From: Gemmatimonadales bacterium
GTDB taxonomy: Bacteria; Gemmatimonadota; Gemmatimonadetes; Gemmatimonadales; GWC2-71-9
Direction: 5' to 3'
DNA length: 64,000 bases
NCBI GenBank assembly: GCA_965249575.1
Contig: OZ252244.1
Span: forward strand, 64,001 to 128,000
Position 1 is the stretch's first letter, and every line of letters begins with the position of its first letter. The notes under the pieces were generated by a model. It had not been told where the DNA came from. It searched no databases and was given only the letters and a program-made list of their open reading frames with translations. This document shows, in pieces, positions 10,180-20,757 of the stretch. Position numbers and translations under genes: made by a program.

Positions 10180-11247
10180 TCATCTCGCCCCGAAGTACCT
10201 GGTGTCCGGTTGCAGTTCCGGTGGCATCGGGGGCGGCGGGATCGAGAGACCCGACTCGTAGTCCAGCCACCGCTTCGTCCTGGCTTCGCCAATTGCGCGC
10301 AGTGCCTGCCTCCCATACGGAGCCCGATTGAGCGTCTCGTAGATCAACTCGCTCCGGCCAGATCCGGCAACTCGAATGAGCGCGAGGATGCCCTTGTACG
10401 CGGTAATGAAATCCGGTGCCGTGAACGTCACGGCATTGTCCGCGTAGTTGACGCCCGGGACTCCATCGAGAATCGTGAGGCTGCCAGGTGGCCACGCCTT
10501 AAGGGCAGCCGCGACGGGCCCTTCCAGCGTCATTGCCTTCATTTCCCCGAGCCGCAGCAATGCACGCCTCGCTGCCGAGCGCATCTCGGCATGCACTTCG
10601 TCTAGCGGGAGGAGATCGGCCTCCGACGCACTCTTTGCATGTTTCACCACGACGCATTCGATCCAAGGCATCGGCTCCGCGAGGTCCGCCTGGAGCTTGT
10701 CGTCGCCGGTTACGAAGACGACCGGGACGCCCACTCGACCCCATGAGTATCCGATCAACTCCGGTTCGGTTACCATATGGCCGTTGATGTAGGGCTCGAC
10801 GCCGCCAGTGTAGGTGTGCGACAGGAATCCGCGACTCCCCGGCTTGGCGTGCATCCCCACGTTCACCACGGCGTCGTAAGCGCCTTGTTCCACGAGATCG
10901 GAGTATGGGTCGAACGGCCGGTCACGGAAAATCATCTTTGCCCGTTCGTCCAGTTGATCGAGCAAGATGTCCGGCTCGTGGTTGCCGCTCCCATGACCAT
11001 CGGTCACGTCTACCGCCGTCGCCCCGCCGTCAAACAGCCCCGCGATCACGGCGTTCACGTCATCTATCAGGAGCTGGCGCCCCTTGGCATACAGGGCGGG
11101 ATAGGTGATCGTGATCATGCGCCAGTCGTTCTCACCCGAGAGGCCCTCCATGTCATGCAGCAACAAGACCTTCAGCGGGCGGCTCTCCTGGGCGGTGGCG
11201 ACTGAAACCATGCAGAGCATCGCGCCGACCATCGCTGTTCGTTTCAT
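10180..11247 (-). CDS. Peptidase M55 D-aminopeptidase (DppA family), secreted
   Basis: DMEG, DGHG, GMHA, LSHTY, VTGDD; signal peptide. Confidence 0.85.
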   Translation of the reverse strand: MKRTAMVGAMLCMVSVATAQESRPLKVLLLHDMEGLSGENDWRMITITYPALYAKGRQLLIDDVNAVIAGLFDGGATAVDVTDGHGSGNHEPDILLDQLDERAKMIFRDRPFDPYSDLVEQGAYDAVVNVGMHAKPGSRGFLSHTYTGGVEPYINGHMVTEPELIGYSWGRVGVPVVFVTGDDKLQADLAEPMPWIECVVVKHAKSASEADLLPLDEVHAEMRSAARRALLRLGEMKAMTLEGPVAAALKAWPPGSLTILDGVPGVNYADNAVTFTAPDFITAYKGILALIRVAGSGRSELIYETLNRAPYGRQALRAIGEARTKRWLDYESGLSIPPPPMPPELQPDTRYFGAR

Positions 11248-11768
11248 CGGGAGCTCCTCGAGCTATGGGTGCACGGGCACCGCCAACGTCCGTCGATCCA
11301 CCTCGACAGCCGGCGCGAGCAATCGCTCGTTGCTTTCCGCGACCCTACACGAGTACTAGTGTTCGTCAACGGGCCGAACCTCGCAACTCGGCCCGCGACG
11401 AAGGCGGCCGTGCAATCGTGCTGGGCTGCCCCCCTATGACTCCAATGGGTTACCGTATGGTAGCTGGAAATGGTGAGTGCGTTCGCGACGAGCGCGACCC
11501 CAAACCCTTTATGCAGGAATGACTGGAACGAATTGGCGCACGGCGCGCCGAGTGGATTGAGGAACATTCACTTCTGAGTTGCGCGCACCGTCGGATGGAA
11601 CGGACAGCACGCACAGCGGGGCCTACCTCCTGCTATCGCGGCGCGAGGTAGATGGCCAACGGCGCATCGACCGGCACGTCGATCTGATGGGCATGCCCTG
11701 ACTCGGCGCCGCTCCGGTTCGGGCCAGCGGGTCCTGCGCCACTGGTTTCACAAGGTCGGAGTGTAAAC

Positions 11769-12626
11769 ATGCGCCACCAGTCTTCACGAGCCACCAGTCA
11801 CCATATGATGGTCTCAGCGCTGCTCGTGCTCCTCGGGGCGGGCGCCTGCGCCTCAGATGTCGGCACGAGCGGCCCCGGGGCACGCACCCTCGACGACATC
11901 CTCAAGGCGGGCACCATCAGGATCGGGCTGAACCCGAGGATCCCGCCTCGCGCTTTGTACGACGACCAGAACGAGATCGTTGGCTTCGAGCCCGACGTCG
12001 CCGCGGAAATCGGCCGGAGGCTGGGCGTGAACGTCGAGCTCGTCGTGGTCGGCTCCCCGGACCGCATTCCGTTCGTCGCCCTGGGTAAGTTGGACGCCGT
12101 GATGGGTGCGATGACCCGCGATTCGAGGCGGGCCAAGGTCATAGATTTTTCGGTGCCGATCCACTCCTCGACGTATGGCGTTCTGACGCGCAAGGACACC
12201 AGGATCACGACGTGGCGGGAACTCAACGACGAGCGAATCACCCTCGTACAGGTGCGAGGTACCGTCACGGTCGAGATCGTCCGGCAGATGCTGCCCGAAG
12301 CGAACCTGTTACTGCTCGACAATTATGCCGACCGGGACCGGGCGATCGCTCAGGGCCGCGCCGACGCGTCGGTGGACGGGATCGACACCCTCATCTACCG
12401 GTTCGCTCAGGCCTTCACGGACGTCGACTGGCACTGGTTCGAGACGTCCGATCTCAGGCCACCGGACTTCGCCGGATTTGGGGTCGCCAAGGGCAACGAC
12501 ACGCTCCGCGATTGGCTCAACGTGGCCGTCTACGAAATGCACGCATCGGGCTTCATCGACAGCCACTGGGAAGAGTGGTTTGGCGCCCCGATGGCCACAC
12601 CGGTACCGGTCACCCCGTTCTTTTGA
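11769..12626 (+). CDS. Polar amino acid ABC transporter substrate-binding lipoprotein
   Basis: Lipobox GAGAC, TLDDILKAGTIRIG, GFEPDVA; SBP family 3 pattern. Confidence 0.85.
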   Translation: MRHQSSRATSHHMMVSALLVLLGAGACASDVGTSGPGARTLDDILKAGTIRIGLNPRIPPRALYDDQNEIVGFEPDVAAEIGRRLGVNVELVVVGSPDRIPFVALGKLDAVMGAMTRDSRRAKVIDFSVPIHSSTYGVLTRKDTRITTWRELNDERITLVQVRGTVTVEIVRQMLPEANLLLLDNYADRDRAIAQGRADASVDGIDTLIYRFAQAFTDVDWHWFETSDLRPPDFAGFGVAKGNDTLRDWLNVAVYEMHASGFIDSHWEEWFGAPMATPVPVTPFF

Positions 12627-12646
12627 CCGGAAACGGGACACACTGA

Positions 12647-13324
12647 GTGGCCTATACACTGCAGTGGGGCCAGGTAGTCGGATACGTTCCCTATCTCATC
12701 GGCGGTGCCTGGCTCGCCCTCCAGATCGCTTTCTTGGCCTTCGCCGGCGGCATCGCTATCGCCACCGTGAACGCGGCCATTCTGTCGTATGGCAGGAACC
12801 GTTTGATCCGCGGTGTCGTCAGTGGCTACGTCACGTTCTTCATGAACACACCGGCTCTCGTTCAGATCTTTTTTCTGTTCTTCGCGTTACCCGAAGCAGG
12901 CATCGTCCTGACCTCATACCAGGCGGTGCTCCTGGGTCTAACGCTCAACGTCAGTGGGTATCTCACGGAAATCCTCCGAGCCGGTTTCCAGTCCATCCGG
13001 AAGACCGAGATCGAGGCGGCGGAGACACTCGGCATGAGCATCGTCCAGATGACATGGCTGGTCGTCTTGCCACACATCTTCAGGGTCTTATACCCGCCGT
13101 TGACCAACCAGTACATCATCCTGACGATGACTACATCCATCGCCGCGATCTTCGGCCTCGAGGAGCTAACGGGCCGGGCGTACAATGTCAGCGCCGAAAC
13201 GTTCCGCTCCTTCGAGGTTTTCACCATGTCCGCCGGCCTCTATGTCATTCTGACGCTCGTCGCAAGCGTCATTCTTTGGGCGGCTGGGCGCTACCTCTTC
13301 CGCATTAAAGCGACGCTCGTCTGA
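12647..13324 (+). CDS. Amino acid ABC transporter permease
   Basis: NTPALVQIF, EILRAG, EAA motif. Confidence 0.9.
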   Translation: MAYTLQWGQVVGYVPYLIGGAWLALQIAFLAFAGGIAIATVNAAILSYGRNRLIRGVVSGYVTFFMNTPALVQIFFLFFALPEAGIVLTSYQAVLLGLTLNVSGYLTEILRAGFQSIRKTEIEAAETLGMSIVQMTWLVVLPHIFRVLYPPLTNQYIILTMTTSIAAIFGLEELTGRAYNVSAETFRSFEVFTMSAGLYVILTLVASVILWAAGRYLFRIKATLV

Positions 13325-14053
13325 ATGGGCGGCACACTGTTCGAGCAACTCCCGCTCTTTTTCACATCCTCCAATGTGGTGTTTCTGGCTCAGGCCTTTG
13401 GAGTGACCCTGGCGCTGTCTGCCGTCGGCTGCGTGGCGGGCTATTCGTTCGGCACGGCGCTAGCCGTTGTGCGAAACCGTCACGTCGTCGATTTCTGGCT
13501 GGCACGACTCGGCTCGACCCTGTTCAGCGAGACGTTCCGTCGTATTCCGTTCTTGGTGAAGCTGATGGTCGTGTTCTTTGCCTTCGAGGTCTTCGGCCTC
13601 AGCGTGTCGATGTTCACCGTCACCGCCACTACCGTAGCCCTAGCGGCAGCCGCCTTTTCGGCCGAGATCATGCGCGCCGGCCTCGAATCGGTACATCCAA
13701 GCCAGTGGGACGCCGCGGAATCCATGAATATGGGCGGCCTGACGAGCCTCAGGCTGTGGGCATTGCCGCAGTCCTGGAGGGTGATCCTCCCGCCTGCACT
13801 GAGCTTTACGGTCGGCCTGATCAAGTCGACCTCGATCGCCTCCCAGATCGCCGTCTTCGAGTTGACCTACGCAGCCAAGGTGTTGAATCAAAAGGGATTC
13901 TCGCCCGTGTTGAGCTTCGGAACGTTGCTCGTCCTATATTTCGCGATCTGCTATCCGCTCAACCGCTACGCGCACCAGCTTGAGGTGCGGCTCGCTGCGC
14001 GACGGGGCCGCGAATCGGCATCAGAGTTGTTTGGAGAGGCTGGTGCGGCCTGA
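13325..14053 (+). CDS. Amino acid ABC transporter permease
   Basis: FRRIPFLV, AEIMRAG, QWDAA, LIKSTSI. Confidence 0.9.
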   Translation: MGGTLFEQLPLFFTSSNVVFLAQAFGVTLALSAVGCVAGYSFGTALAVVRNRHVVDFWLARLGSTLFSETFRRIPFLVKLMVVFFAFEVFGLSVSMFTVTATTVALAAAAFSAEIMRAGLESVHPSQWDAAESMNMGGLTSLRLWALPQSWRVILPPALSFTVGLIKSTSIASQIAVFELTYAAKVLNQKGFSPVLSFGTLLVLYFAICYPLNRYAHQLEVRLAARRGRESASELFGEAGAA

Positions 14054-14129
14054 CACCGGCATCCACGCCGTCACCACTCTTCCATCGACCCTCAGGGGTA
14101 ACGCTCAACCCAACAGTGGCGAACTACTC

Positions 14130-15062
14130 ATGAGATCATCGACCAGTCCGGGAACTCAGTATCTGCAGGGCGCCATCGACTGCCACACGCACGTGTGCCC
14201 CCACATCAACGGTCGCTCCGTCAACGCCTTCGAAGCGACCCACCAGGCAGCCGATGCCGGCATGCGCGCGCTAGGGTTGATGGACAATTTCGGAAACAGT
14301 TCCGGATTTGCTGCGCTCGTGATGGCCGAGCTTGGCCATTTGGGTGTGGAGGTGTTTGGAGGCATCATCATGCAGCCAATGGCGGGCGGTGTAACCGTCG
14401 AGGCGGCTCGTACTGCATTGCGCTACGGTTATGGACCCGGCACCGGCGCGCGGTTCGTCTCCCTGCCCACCCATCACACCCGACACGTGGCCGAGCGTGA
14501 AGGACGTGGCGAGGCATATCTGAAAACGACGTTTTCCGTACCCAAATCGGGCAAGGTACCCGACGAAGTCCTCGAGATCATGGACCTCGTCGCGGAGGCT
14601 GACGCCGTATTCGACTGCGGTCACGTCGCAGGGTACGAAGCCATTGTGCTCGTCGAGGAGGGCAAGCGCAGGGGACTCAAGCGGCTGCGGACCCATTGCG
14701 CGCGTTACTCCGAAGAAGACATCAAGGCCATTGTTGAGAACGGTGCCTATGCGGAGTTCTCATTCTTCATCCTCACACATGCCACCCAAGTTGGGCTCAC
14801 CCATGTCGACAAAGAAAAGCACCGCGTACCGGGAATGACGATCCAGGAGATGGCCTCCAAAATCTGGGCGGCCACGCCCGAGCGGGCGATCGTATCGAGC
14901 GACGCCGGCGTCTTCTTGCTCCCTCCACCGGTCGAGGCCTTCCGTGAGTACATGTTGCTGCTGGAAAGCGAGGGGTTCAGCGAGGGCGACATCCGCCAGA
15001 TGAACTCGGCCAATCCGGCGGAGCTCTTCCGCATTTCAGCTCCAACGGCCGGCGCGGCATAG
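14130..15062 (+). CDS. Amidohydrolase-fold protein (DUF6282-like)
   Basis: GAIDCHTH (DxHxH), SLPT, GH, TH, SSDAG. Confidence 0.7.
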   Translation: MRSSTSPGTQYLQGAIDCHTHVCPHINGRSVNAFEATHQAADAGMRALGLMDNFGNSSGFAALVMAELGHLGVEVFGGIIMQPMAGGVTVEAARTALRYGYGPGTGARFVSLPTHHTRHVAEREGRGEAYLKTTFSVPKSGKVPDEVLEIMDLVAEADAVFDCGHVAGYEAIVLVEEGKRRGLKRLRTHCARYSEEDIKAIVENGAYAEFSFFILTHATQVGLTHVDKEKHRVPGMTIQEMASKIWAATPERAIVSSDAGVFLLPPPVEAFREYMLLLESEGFSEGDIRQMNSANPAELFRISAPTAGAA

Positions 15063-15109
15063 CGGTTCGGCTCAGGCCTTTCACTCAGTCTTCCGAGGAG
15101 CGTCGTCCC

Positions 15110-15853
15110 CTGCCCCACCTCGAGATCGCCGGCCTTGCTACGAGCTATGACGGCCGCAACCGAGTCCTCGACGACGTCAGCATCGACGTCGGCCGGGGGC
15201 AGATTGTGAGCGTGATCGGCCCCTCGGGCTCGGGCAAGAGCACCGTACTGAGGAGCGTCATGGGTCTCACCGTGCCAGAGTCGGGCACGGTGAGCTTGGA
15301 TGGGCAGGTCGTCGACTACCGAGACAAGAAGAGCGTACGCTCACTTCGCGATCGCGTCGCCATCGTGTTCCAGCAGTACAACTTGTTCCAGAACATGAAC
15401 GCCCTACGAAACGTCACGGTAACTCCCGTCAAGATCCGGAAGCGCGACTCCGCTCAGGTCAACGAAGAGGCCACTAGCCTCCTCCGCAAGGTCGGCCTCG
15501 GCGAGAAGCTGCACGCCTATCCGGACGAGCTGTCGGGCGGCCAACAGCAGCGGGTGGCGATTGCCCGCGCATTGGCGCTCAAGCCGGAAGTCCTCCTTCT
15601 GGACGAGATCACCTCGGCACTGGATCCGGAGCTGGTCAGTGAAGTGCTGGACGCGATCCGGATTCTCGCATCCGACGGGATGACGATGATGATCGTCTCC
15701 CACGAGATGGCGTTCGTCCGGGAGATCTCCACAAAGGTCGTCATGATGGACCGTGGTCGGGTCGTCGAGGAGGGCCCGGCAACGCAAATTTTCGACGATC
15801 CACAAACCCCGCGATGTCGCGAGTTCGTCGGGAAGATCCTCCGCCACGGGTGA
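15110..15853 (+). CDS. Amino acid ABC transporter ATP-binding protein
   Basis: GPSGSGKS, LSGGQQQR, LLLDE; homology-like sequence continues upstream of the GTG at 15206 (LEIAGL..VLDDVS), so the start is uncertain. Confidence 0.88.
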   Translation: MPHLEIAGLATSYDGRNRVLDDVSIDVGRGQIVSVIGPSGSGKSTVLRSVMGLTVPESGTVSLDGQVVDYRDKKSVRSLRDRVAIVFQQYNLFQNMNALRNVTVTPVKIRKRDSAQVNEEATSLLRKVGLGEKLHAYPDELSGGQQQRVAIARALALKPEVLLLDEITSALDPELVSEVLDAIRILASDGMTMMIVSHEMAFVREISTKVVMMDRGRVVEEGPATQIFDDPQTPRCREFVGKILRHG

Positions 15854-15943
15854 CCGCCGCCTTGCTACCGAGAATTGAAGACCGAGAGCGAGCCTGGCGG
15901 CATCGGCAACAGTGGCGCAAGCGAGGACCACTTCGGAGTCGTG

Positions 15944-16489
15944 ATGAGAATCCGGACTATTGAAAACCCGATCATCCGAGACAGAGTCACCTTCCTGAAG
16001 ACGTCTGCGGAGACCGGTGGCGAGTATTCGGAAGTCCTCATCGAGCTTCACCCCGGTGGCGGGAACGAGCCTCACTATCACACGTCGTTCACTGAGTCAT
16101 TTACCGCCCTCGAGGGGCAGCTTGGCGTTCTAGCAGGAAGCAAGCGCCGTCTCCTGAGCCCAGGCGAGTCCGCCACCGTGCCCCCCCGAATGGTCCATTG
16201 TTTTTTCAATCCATCCAGTCGGGTCGTCAAGTTCAAAGGAGAGGCGAGGCCTGGCCACGAGGGCCTCGAGCAGTTCGCGCAAATCGCCTATGGACTGGCA
16301 CGGGATGGACACGTGAACAAGAAGGGATACCCCAACAGACTCTCGCACGTAGCCCTGCTGATGGAGATGGGTGACGTCAGAATCCCGGGCCCCACTTTCA
16401 AGCTCCTCGCCCCCGTACTCCGCTGGATCGCCCGCCGTGCCCGCGAGCGGGGGCTCGAGCGGGGCCTCGTCGAGCGATACTGCACGTGA
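15944..16489 (+). CDS. Cupin domain protein
   Basis: IENP..RVTFL, PHYH...E, HCFFN. Confidence 0.8.
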   Translation: MRIRTIENPIIRDRVTFLKTSAETGGEYSEVLIELHPGGGNEPHYHTSFTESFTALEGQLGVLAGSKRRLLSPGESATVPPRMVHCFFNPSSRVVKFKGEARPGHEGLEQFAQIAYGLARDGHVNKKGYPNRLSHVALLMEMGDVRIPGPTFKLLAPVLRWIARRARERGLERGLVERYCT

Positions 16490-16541
16490 TGAGCGCGTCG
16501 AACGTATACGAAGTACGTACGAATGCGGCCACGGGGCGGTT

Positions 16542-16937
16542 GTGAAAGCTCGAGGTAGCCTTCGCTGGGGACGACTAGTCGTCGCCACGTTCGGGGCCGA
16601 GTTACTCCTCATTCTGCTGCTCGTAGCCCTGGTAGCGATCGCCGGCCCGGGCGAGGGGGATGCGCAAGAGTTCGCCGATCGCCTCGGCCGGTGGGTTGGG
16701 CCCATCGGCGGGGCTCTAGTGAGCTTCACCGGAGCCTTATGGTTGGCGCGGCCGCTTGCACGCGGACGCGTGCTGCACGGCCTACTGCTCGGGATTTGTC
16801 TCGCACTGCTCGATGTCGGAATCCTCGTTGCGAGCCGGACAGCATTCGAATGGGTCTTCGTCGGCTCGAACCTCGGCAAGATCGCCGCGGCGTCTCTTGG
16901 TGGGATCGTCGCCAGGCACAAAAGCGCCTCGCAGTAA
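16542..16937 (+). CDS. Hypothetical membrane protein (about 4 TM)
   Basis: Hydrophobic ORF with GTG start. Confidence 0.65.
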   Translation: MKARGSLRWGRLVVATFGAELLLILLLVALVAIAGPGEGDAQEFADRLGRWVGPIGGALVSFTGALWLARPLARGRVLHGLLLGICLALLDVGILVASRTAFEWVFVGSNLGKIAAASLGGIVARHKSASQ

Positions 16938-16954
16938 CGGCGACGGAGCGCTTT

Positions 16955-17275
16955 CCGCCTGTACGATTCCTTCCCGCCCGCTCCGTTCGCTAGCGGCCTC
17001 ACCTCGCCGGACCTTCAGCGCGGATTCCTGATCATCAGCGCGTCGATCGCTCCCTTTCGCGCCTGGTGTTATTGGTGGCCAGTGCGCCGGAGGTGGCCCT
17101 CGACCGTTTCACTGGCGTGGGTCTCGGTGTGGCATCGGGGTGGTCAACCGGTGGGACGCGCCGCGTGGACTGCCCTACAGGGCAGCTACACAGCTGGCAT
17201 CGCAACCGCGCTACTCCTGTTACCCGTGGCGCTACTCTTCGCTCGCCTGCTCCGCCAACAGCCCTGGACGCCCGG
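16955..17275 (+). pseudogene. Degraded HXXEE-domain-like membrane protein, N-terminus missing
   Basis: YDSFPPAPFASGL..DLQRGFL..WCYWWPVRRRWPS...QGSYTAGIATALLLL; family assignment from recall. Confidence 0.4.
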
Positions 17276-17395
17276 GGTGCGATCAGCTGCTCGTCTTGCC
17301 CACGTCAGGCGATACGAACCATACTCCCTACGAGCGGCTCGAGCAGTCCAAGCCGTGAGCGTCGCGCTCCTGGTCGACATCCCACTGGGGACACC

Positions 17396-18439
17396 ATGAT
17401 ACTCTTCGTCGCATCCGTCACCATCGTCATCACCGTGTCCGCGTTCTGCTCGCTATCGGAGGCTAGCCTGTACGCGGTACGCATCCCCTTCATTCGCAAG
17501 CTGGTCGAGCAAGGGAGTGCGGCCGGGCGCTTGCTCCTGGGTTTCAAGCAGGACATTCAGCAACCGATCGCAGCAATCTTGATTCTAAATACGATCGCGA
17601 ACACCGCCGGCGCCGCCGTCGCGGGCGCTCAGGCACGGCAGCTCTTCGGCCAAGGCGCGCTCGTATGGTTCACGATCCTCTTCACGGGAACCGTGCTCGT
17701 GTTCTCCGAAATTCTCCCCAAGGTCGTCGGCGTGACGTTCAACCGAGTCGTGGCTCCCGCGGTGAGCATGCCGCTGAAAGCAGCCCTCGGGTTGCTCTAT
17801 CCGCTGGTTTGGCTCACCGAGTCAGTCACCGGCCTCGTTCGAGGACAACCCCAACCCATCGCTCCCGAGGATGAGGTCCACCAGTTCGCGCGGATGAGCG
17901 CGGAGGAGGGAAGCATCCTTCCTATGGAAGCGGAGCTCGTGAGCAACGTGCTACACCTGAACGATATCCTGGCGAAGGATATCCTCACGCCCCGGGTCGT
18001 CGTCTTCAAGCTGCCAGCCGACCGGACGGTTGGGGAGGTCCGCGAACAGGTGAGCAGCCTTCCCATCGCTCGGATCCCGGTGTTCCGCGAGGCCGACCCG
18101 GAAAACTGGATTGGTGTCGTGCTACTCCGGGACATCCTTCGCTGCATTGCACAGGACGACTTCTCAGTCACGCTCGATTCGCTGGCAAAGCCGCTGCACT
18201 TCGTGCCGGAGAGCGCTCGCGGCCACGCCTTGTTGACCAGCTTTCTCGTAAAGCGGGCACATCTGTTCGGCGTAGTCGACGAGTTCGGGGCCGTCGCCGG
18301 TGTCATCACGTTGGAGGATGTGCTGGAGTCGCTGCTCGGAAAGGAGATCGTCGACGAGACCGATACGACCGTCGACCTTCGGGATGCCGCTCGCAAGCGG
18401 CGCGAGGAACTGCTGCGTGGCCATTCGGACGACTCGTAG
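17396..18439 (+). CDS. CNNM (DUF21) + CBS domain protein, HlyC/CorC family
   Basis: SAFCSLSEASL, ILILNTIANT, SEILPK, VVDEFG..GVITLEDVLE. Confidence 0.9.
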   Translation: MILFVASVTIVITVSAFCSLSEASLYAVRIPFIRKLVEQGSAAGRLLLGFKQDIQQPIAAILILNTIANTAGAAVAGAQARQLFGQGALVWFTILFTGTVLVFSEILPKVVGVTFNRVVAPAVSMPLKAALGLLYPLVWLTESVTGLVRGQPQPIAPEDEVHQFARMSAEEGSILPMEAELVSNVLHLNDILAKDILTPRVVVFKLPADRTVGEVREQVSSLPIARIPVFREADPENWIGVVLLRDILRCIAQDDFSVTLDSLAKPLHFVPESARGHALLTSFLVKRAHLFGVVDEFGAVAGVITLEDVLESLLGKEIVDETDTTVDLRDAARKRREELLRGHSDDS

Positions 18440-18455
18440 CGACCCGACACCTCCA

Positions 18456-19061
18456 GTGGCCGGCGGCAGGACACCCAACGCCCTCGCCCGCGCGTTCGGA
18501 AAGGGTCGTTTCCCGCACCATTGCTCGTGGCTCATCGACAATCCCATTCGAGCAGTGCTTGTCACACCGAAGAAGCTCGCCGACCGGCTTCAGCTTACAG
18601 AGGAAAACCATGTTCTCGAGCTGGGGCCGGGTTCCGGCTACTTCAGTGTCGAGCTGGCACGCCGGATTCCTCTCGGACGTCTCGAGCTACTGGATGTCCA
18701 GCCACAGATGCTCCAGAAGGCCGAGCGCAAACTCAATTCCCGCGGACTCAGAAACGTGGGGTACACGGCGCACGACGCTGGTACCGATCTACCGTTCCCA
18801 GATCAGACTTTCGACGTGGCGGTCATGGTAGCCGTCCTCGGAGAGGTTTCAGATGCCGAAACGTGCTTGCGCGAGCTTCGGCGGGTCCTCCGAAGAGGAG
18901 GCGTTCTCGCAGTGCACGAGCAGATACCCGACCCAGATCGCATAGCTTTTGGGACCCTCCGATCATTGGCCGAGGGAGGAGGCTTCGTCTTCCGAAAGCG
19001 ATGGGGACCGAACTGGAACTACACCGCCATCTTCGAGCGTGCCGCTGGGCACTCCGGGTGA
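18456..19061 (+). CDS. Class I SAM-dependent methyltransferase
   Basis: VLELGPGSG, LPFPDQTFD. Confidence 0.85.
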   Translation: MAGGRTPNALARAFGKGRFPHHCSWLIDNPIRAVLVTPKKLADRLQLTEENHVLELGPGSGYFSVELARRIPLGRLELLDVQPQMLQKAERKLNSRGLRNVGYTAHDAGTDLPFPDQTFDVAVMVAVLGEVSDAETCLRELRRVLRRGGVLAVHEQIPDPDRIAFGTLRSLAEGGGFVFRKRWGPNWNYTAIFERAAGHSG

Positions 19062-19213
19062 CTGGCAGTCACCCGGAATGATCCTGCCGCCGCTGGCGGT
19101 ATGGTAGGAGCGATTCACGGTTGGTGGTTGCTTCGTCTGCTCGGGGCGCGGACATCGTCGACGGCCCGTTCGCAATCGCCGCCCAACCCGAGGGACTGGA
19201 AAGGAGAGGCCGA

Positions 19214-19540
19214 GTGATCAGCCGTATCTGGCACGGATGGACGACCCCTTCGAATGCGGAGGCCTACGAGACCCTGCTGCGGACGGAAATCCTTCCCGGG
19301 ATCGCGGCAAGAGAGGTCCCCGGATACCGGGGGGCTCACCTTATGAGACGGGACGCACCCAACGAGATCGAGTTCGTCACGATACTCTGGTTCGATTCGA
19401 TTGACAGTGTTCGCTCCTTCGCAGGCGAGGACTACGAAGCCGCCTACGTACCGCCCAAGGCACAGGCCGCTCTGTCGCGATTCGACGAGCGATCCAGTCA
19501 CTACGAGACGCTCCTCTCGCCCCCCCCGACCGCGGCGTAG
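19214..19540 (+). CDS. Antibiotic biosynthesis monooxygenase-like protein
   Basis: ISRIWHGWT, FAGEDYE, HYE; AGGAG RBS. Confidence 0.85.
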   Translation: MISRIWHGWTTPSNAEAYETLLRTEILPGIAAREVPGYRGAHLMRRDAPNEIEFVTILWFDSIDSVRSFAGEDYEAAYVPPKAQAALSRFDERSSHYETLLSPPPTAA

Positions 19541-19604
19541 ATTTCGTTGCGAGCCGCGGGCGTCCGCGCCGGCACCAACGACGAACCCCGAAGGCGTATC
19601 GATT

Positions 19605-19838
19605 ATGGATGATGCTCGTATTGTGAAATTGCTCGAGGAAATCCGGGATCTCCAGCAAGACCACGCGGCCAACTATCGCGACGCCGTCCGCAATCAGCAG
19701 GAATCCATCCGGAATCAGCAAGACGCCATCCGATATCAGCGCACCGTGACGCGCCGGCTGATGATCTTTCTCGCTCCAGTGATCCTGCTCCTCCTGCTGT
19801 TGGTTGGCTGGCTCATGGTTCGGCTGGGGCCAATCTAG
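19605..19838 (+). CDS. Hypothetical protein (coiled coil plus C-terminal TM)
   Basis: MDDARIVKLLEEIRDLQ; repeated RNQQ; hydrophobic tail. Confidence 0.6.
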   Translation: MDDARIVKLLEEIRDLQQDHAANYRDAVRNQQESIRNQQDAIRYQRTVTRRLMIFLAPVILLLLLLVGWLMVRLGPI

Positions 19839-20235
19839 GGTGTTCGTGCGTGAAGATGGCTGACCGAAGCAACACGGCCTGGGGGGTTCGCCGCCTTGAG
19901 CCGAGAGTTGAAGTACGCCGCGGGTGTTCTCGGAGGCACGTTCCTGCTCCTGGCGTTGGCGAGCTGCTCGGTTCCGATAGGCGATTTACCACGTCGTTCG
20001 ACAGTCTTGGATACGTCGCGAGCTCTTGGGGTCCACGTCGCGAGCACGCGGGCAAGCGACATCGCTTGGGAGGCCGCCGTTACCCATCGGGGGTTGCCCA
20101 CACGCTGCGTCTATGCCGATAGCGCGCCACCTCGCGAGCGGCCATCGCTTCGCCAACTTGGACGCTGGTGTGTCGACCCACCTTACCCCACAGCGCCGGC
20201 CCCTGCCGGTCCAATCGTCACCAGGAGCGAAGACA

Positions 20236-20712
20236 ATGCGCTTGCTGTTTTGCCTCACCCTGGTGTTGGCCTGTGGTCGGGCCGATCGTGAGTTGTCTGA
20301 GGTCGAGCGACTCGCGATCTCTTCAGCCGTCGATTCGGCCACTCACTCCTTCGAGGAAGCCCAGCGGACCCAGGACGCCGAGCGCACCGTAGCCCACCTG
20401 GCCTCGGATTTCTACATGTACAACGATGGTAGCCGGTCGGAGTACGAATCGGTCGTGGCCGGCATTCGGGAAACGTTTGGCTCGCTCCAGCACCTCGAGC
20501 CGGGTTTCGCCGACCTCGACGTGAAGGTGCTGGGTCCGGATGCCGCCGTGGTGTCCTTCACCTTTCGCGATTCCATCGCCACGGCGAGCGGGGACCTCGT
20601 ACAGTTCCGGGGAGCTACCACACTCGTGTGGGAGCGCCGGGGCCGCGACTGGTTGATTACGTATGCCGACGCCGACCACTACGCCATCGAGCCGCCACAG
20701 GCGCCCCGTTAG
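20236..20712 (+). CDS. NTF2/SnoaL-like lipoprotein
   Basis: Lipobox VLAC, VKVLGPDAAVV, TLVWER; RBS. Confidence 0.75.
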   Translation: MRLLFCLTLVLACGRADRELSEVERLAISSAVDSATHSFEEAQRTQDAERTVAHLASDFYMYNDGSRSEYESVVAGIRETFGSLQHLEPGFADLDVKVLGPDAAVVSFTFRDSIATASGDLVQFRGATTLVWERRGRDWLITYADADHYAIEPPQAPR

Positions 20713-20757
20713 CTGTCGCCCCCGACTGTCGATCCGCCGACCTGGCCCACGGCGAGA

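Noticed and set aside
11500..11530. AT-richer, weakly palindromic stretch resembling a recombinase site
   Set aside because: Symmetry too poor and no recombinase nearby
17396..18439. Hemolysin/virulence label
   Set aside because: The CNNM-CBS family is linked to Mg/Co homeostasis; no toxin features
19850..20230. ORF 19896..20291 with a hydrophobic stretch
   Set aside because: No recognisable family, overlaps the next gene; probably a degraded scrap
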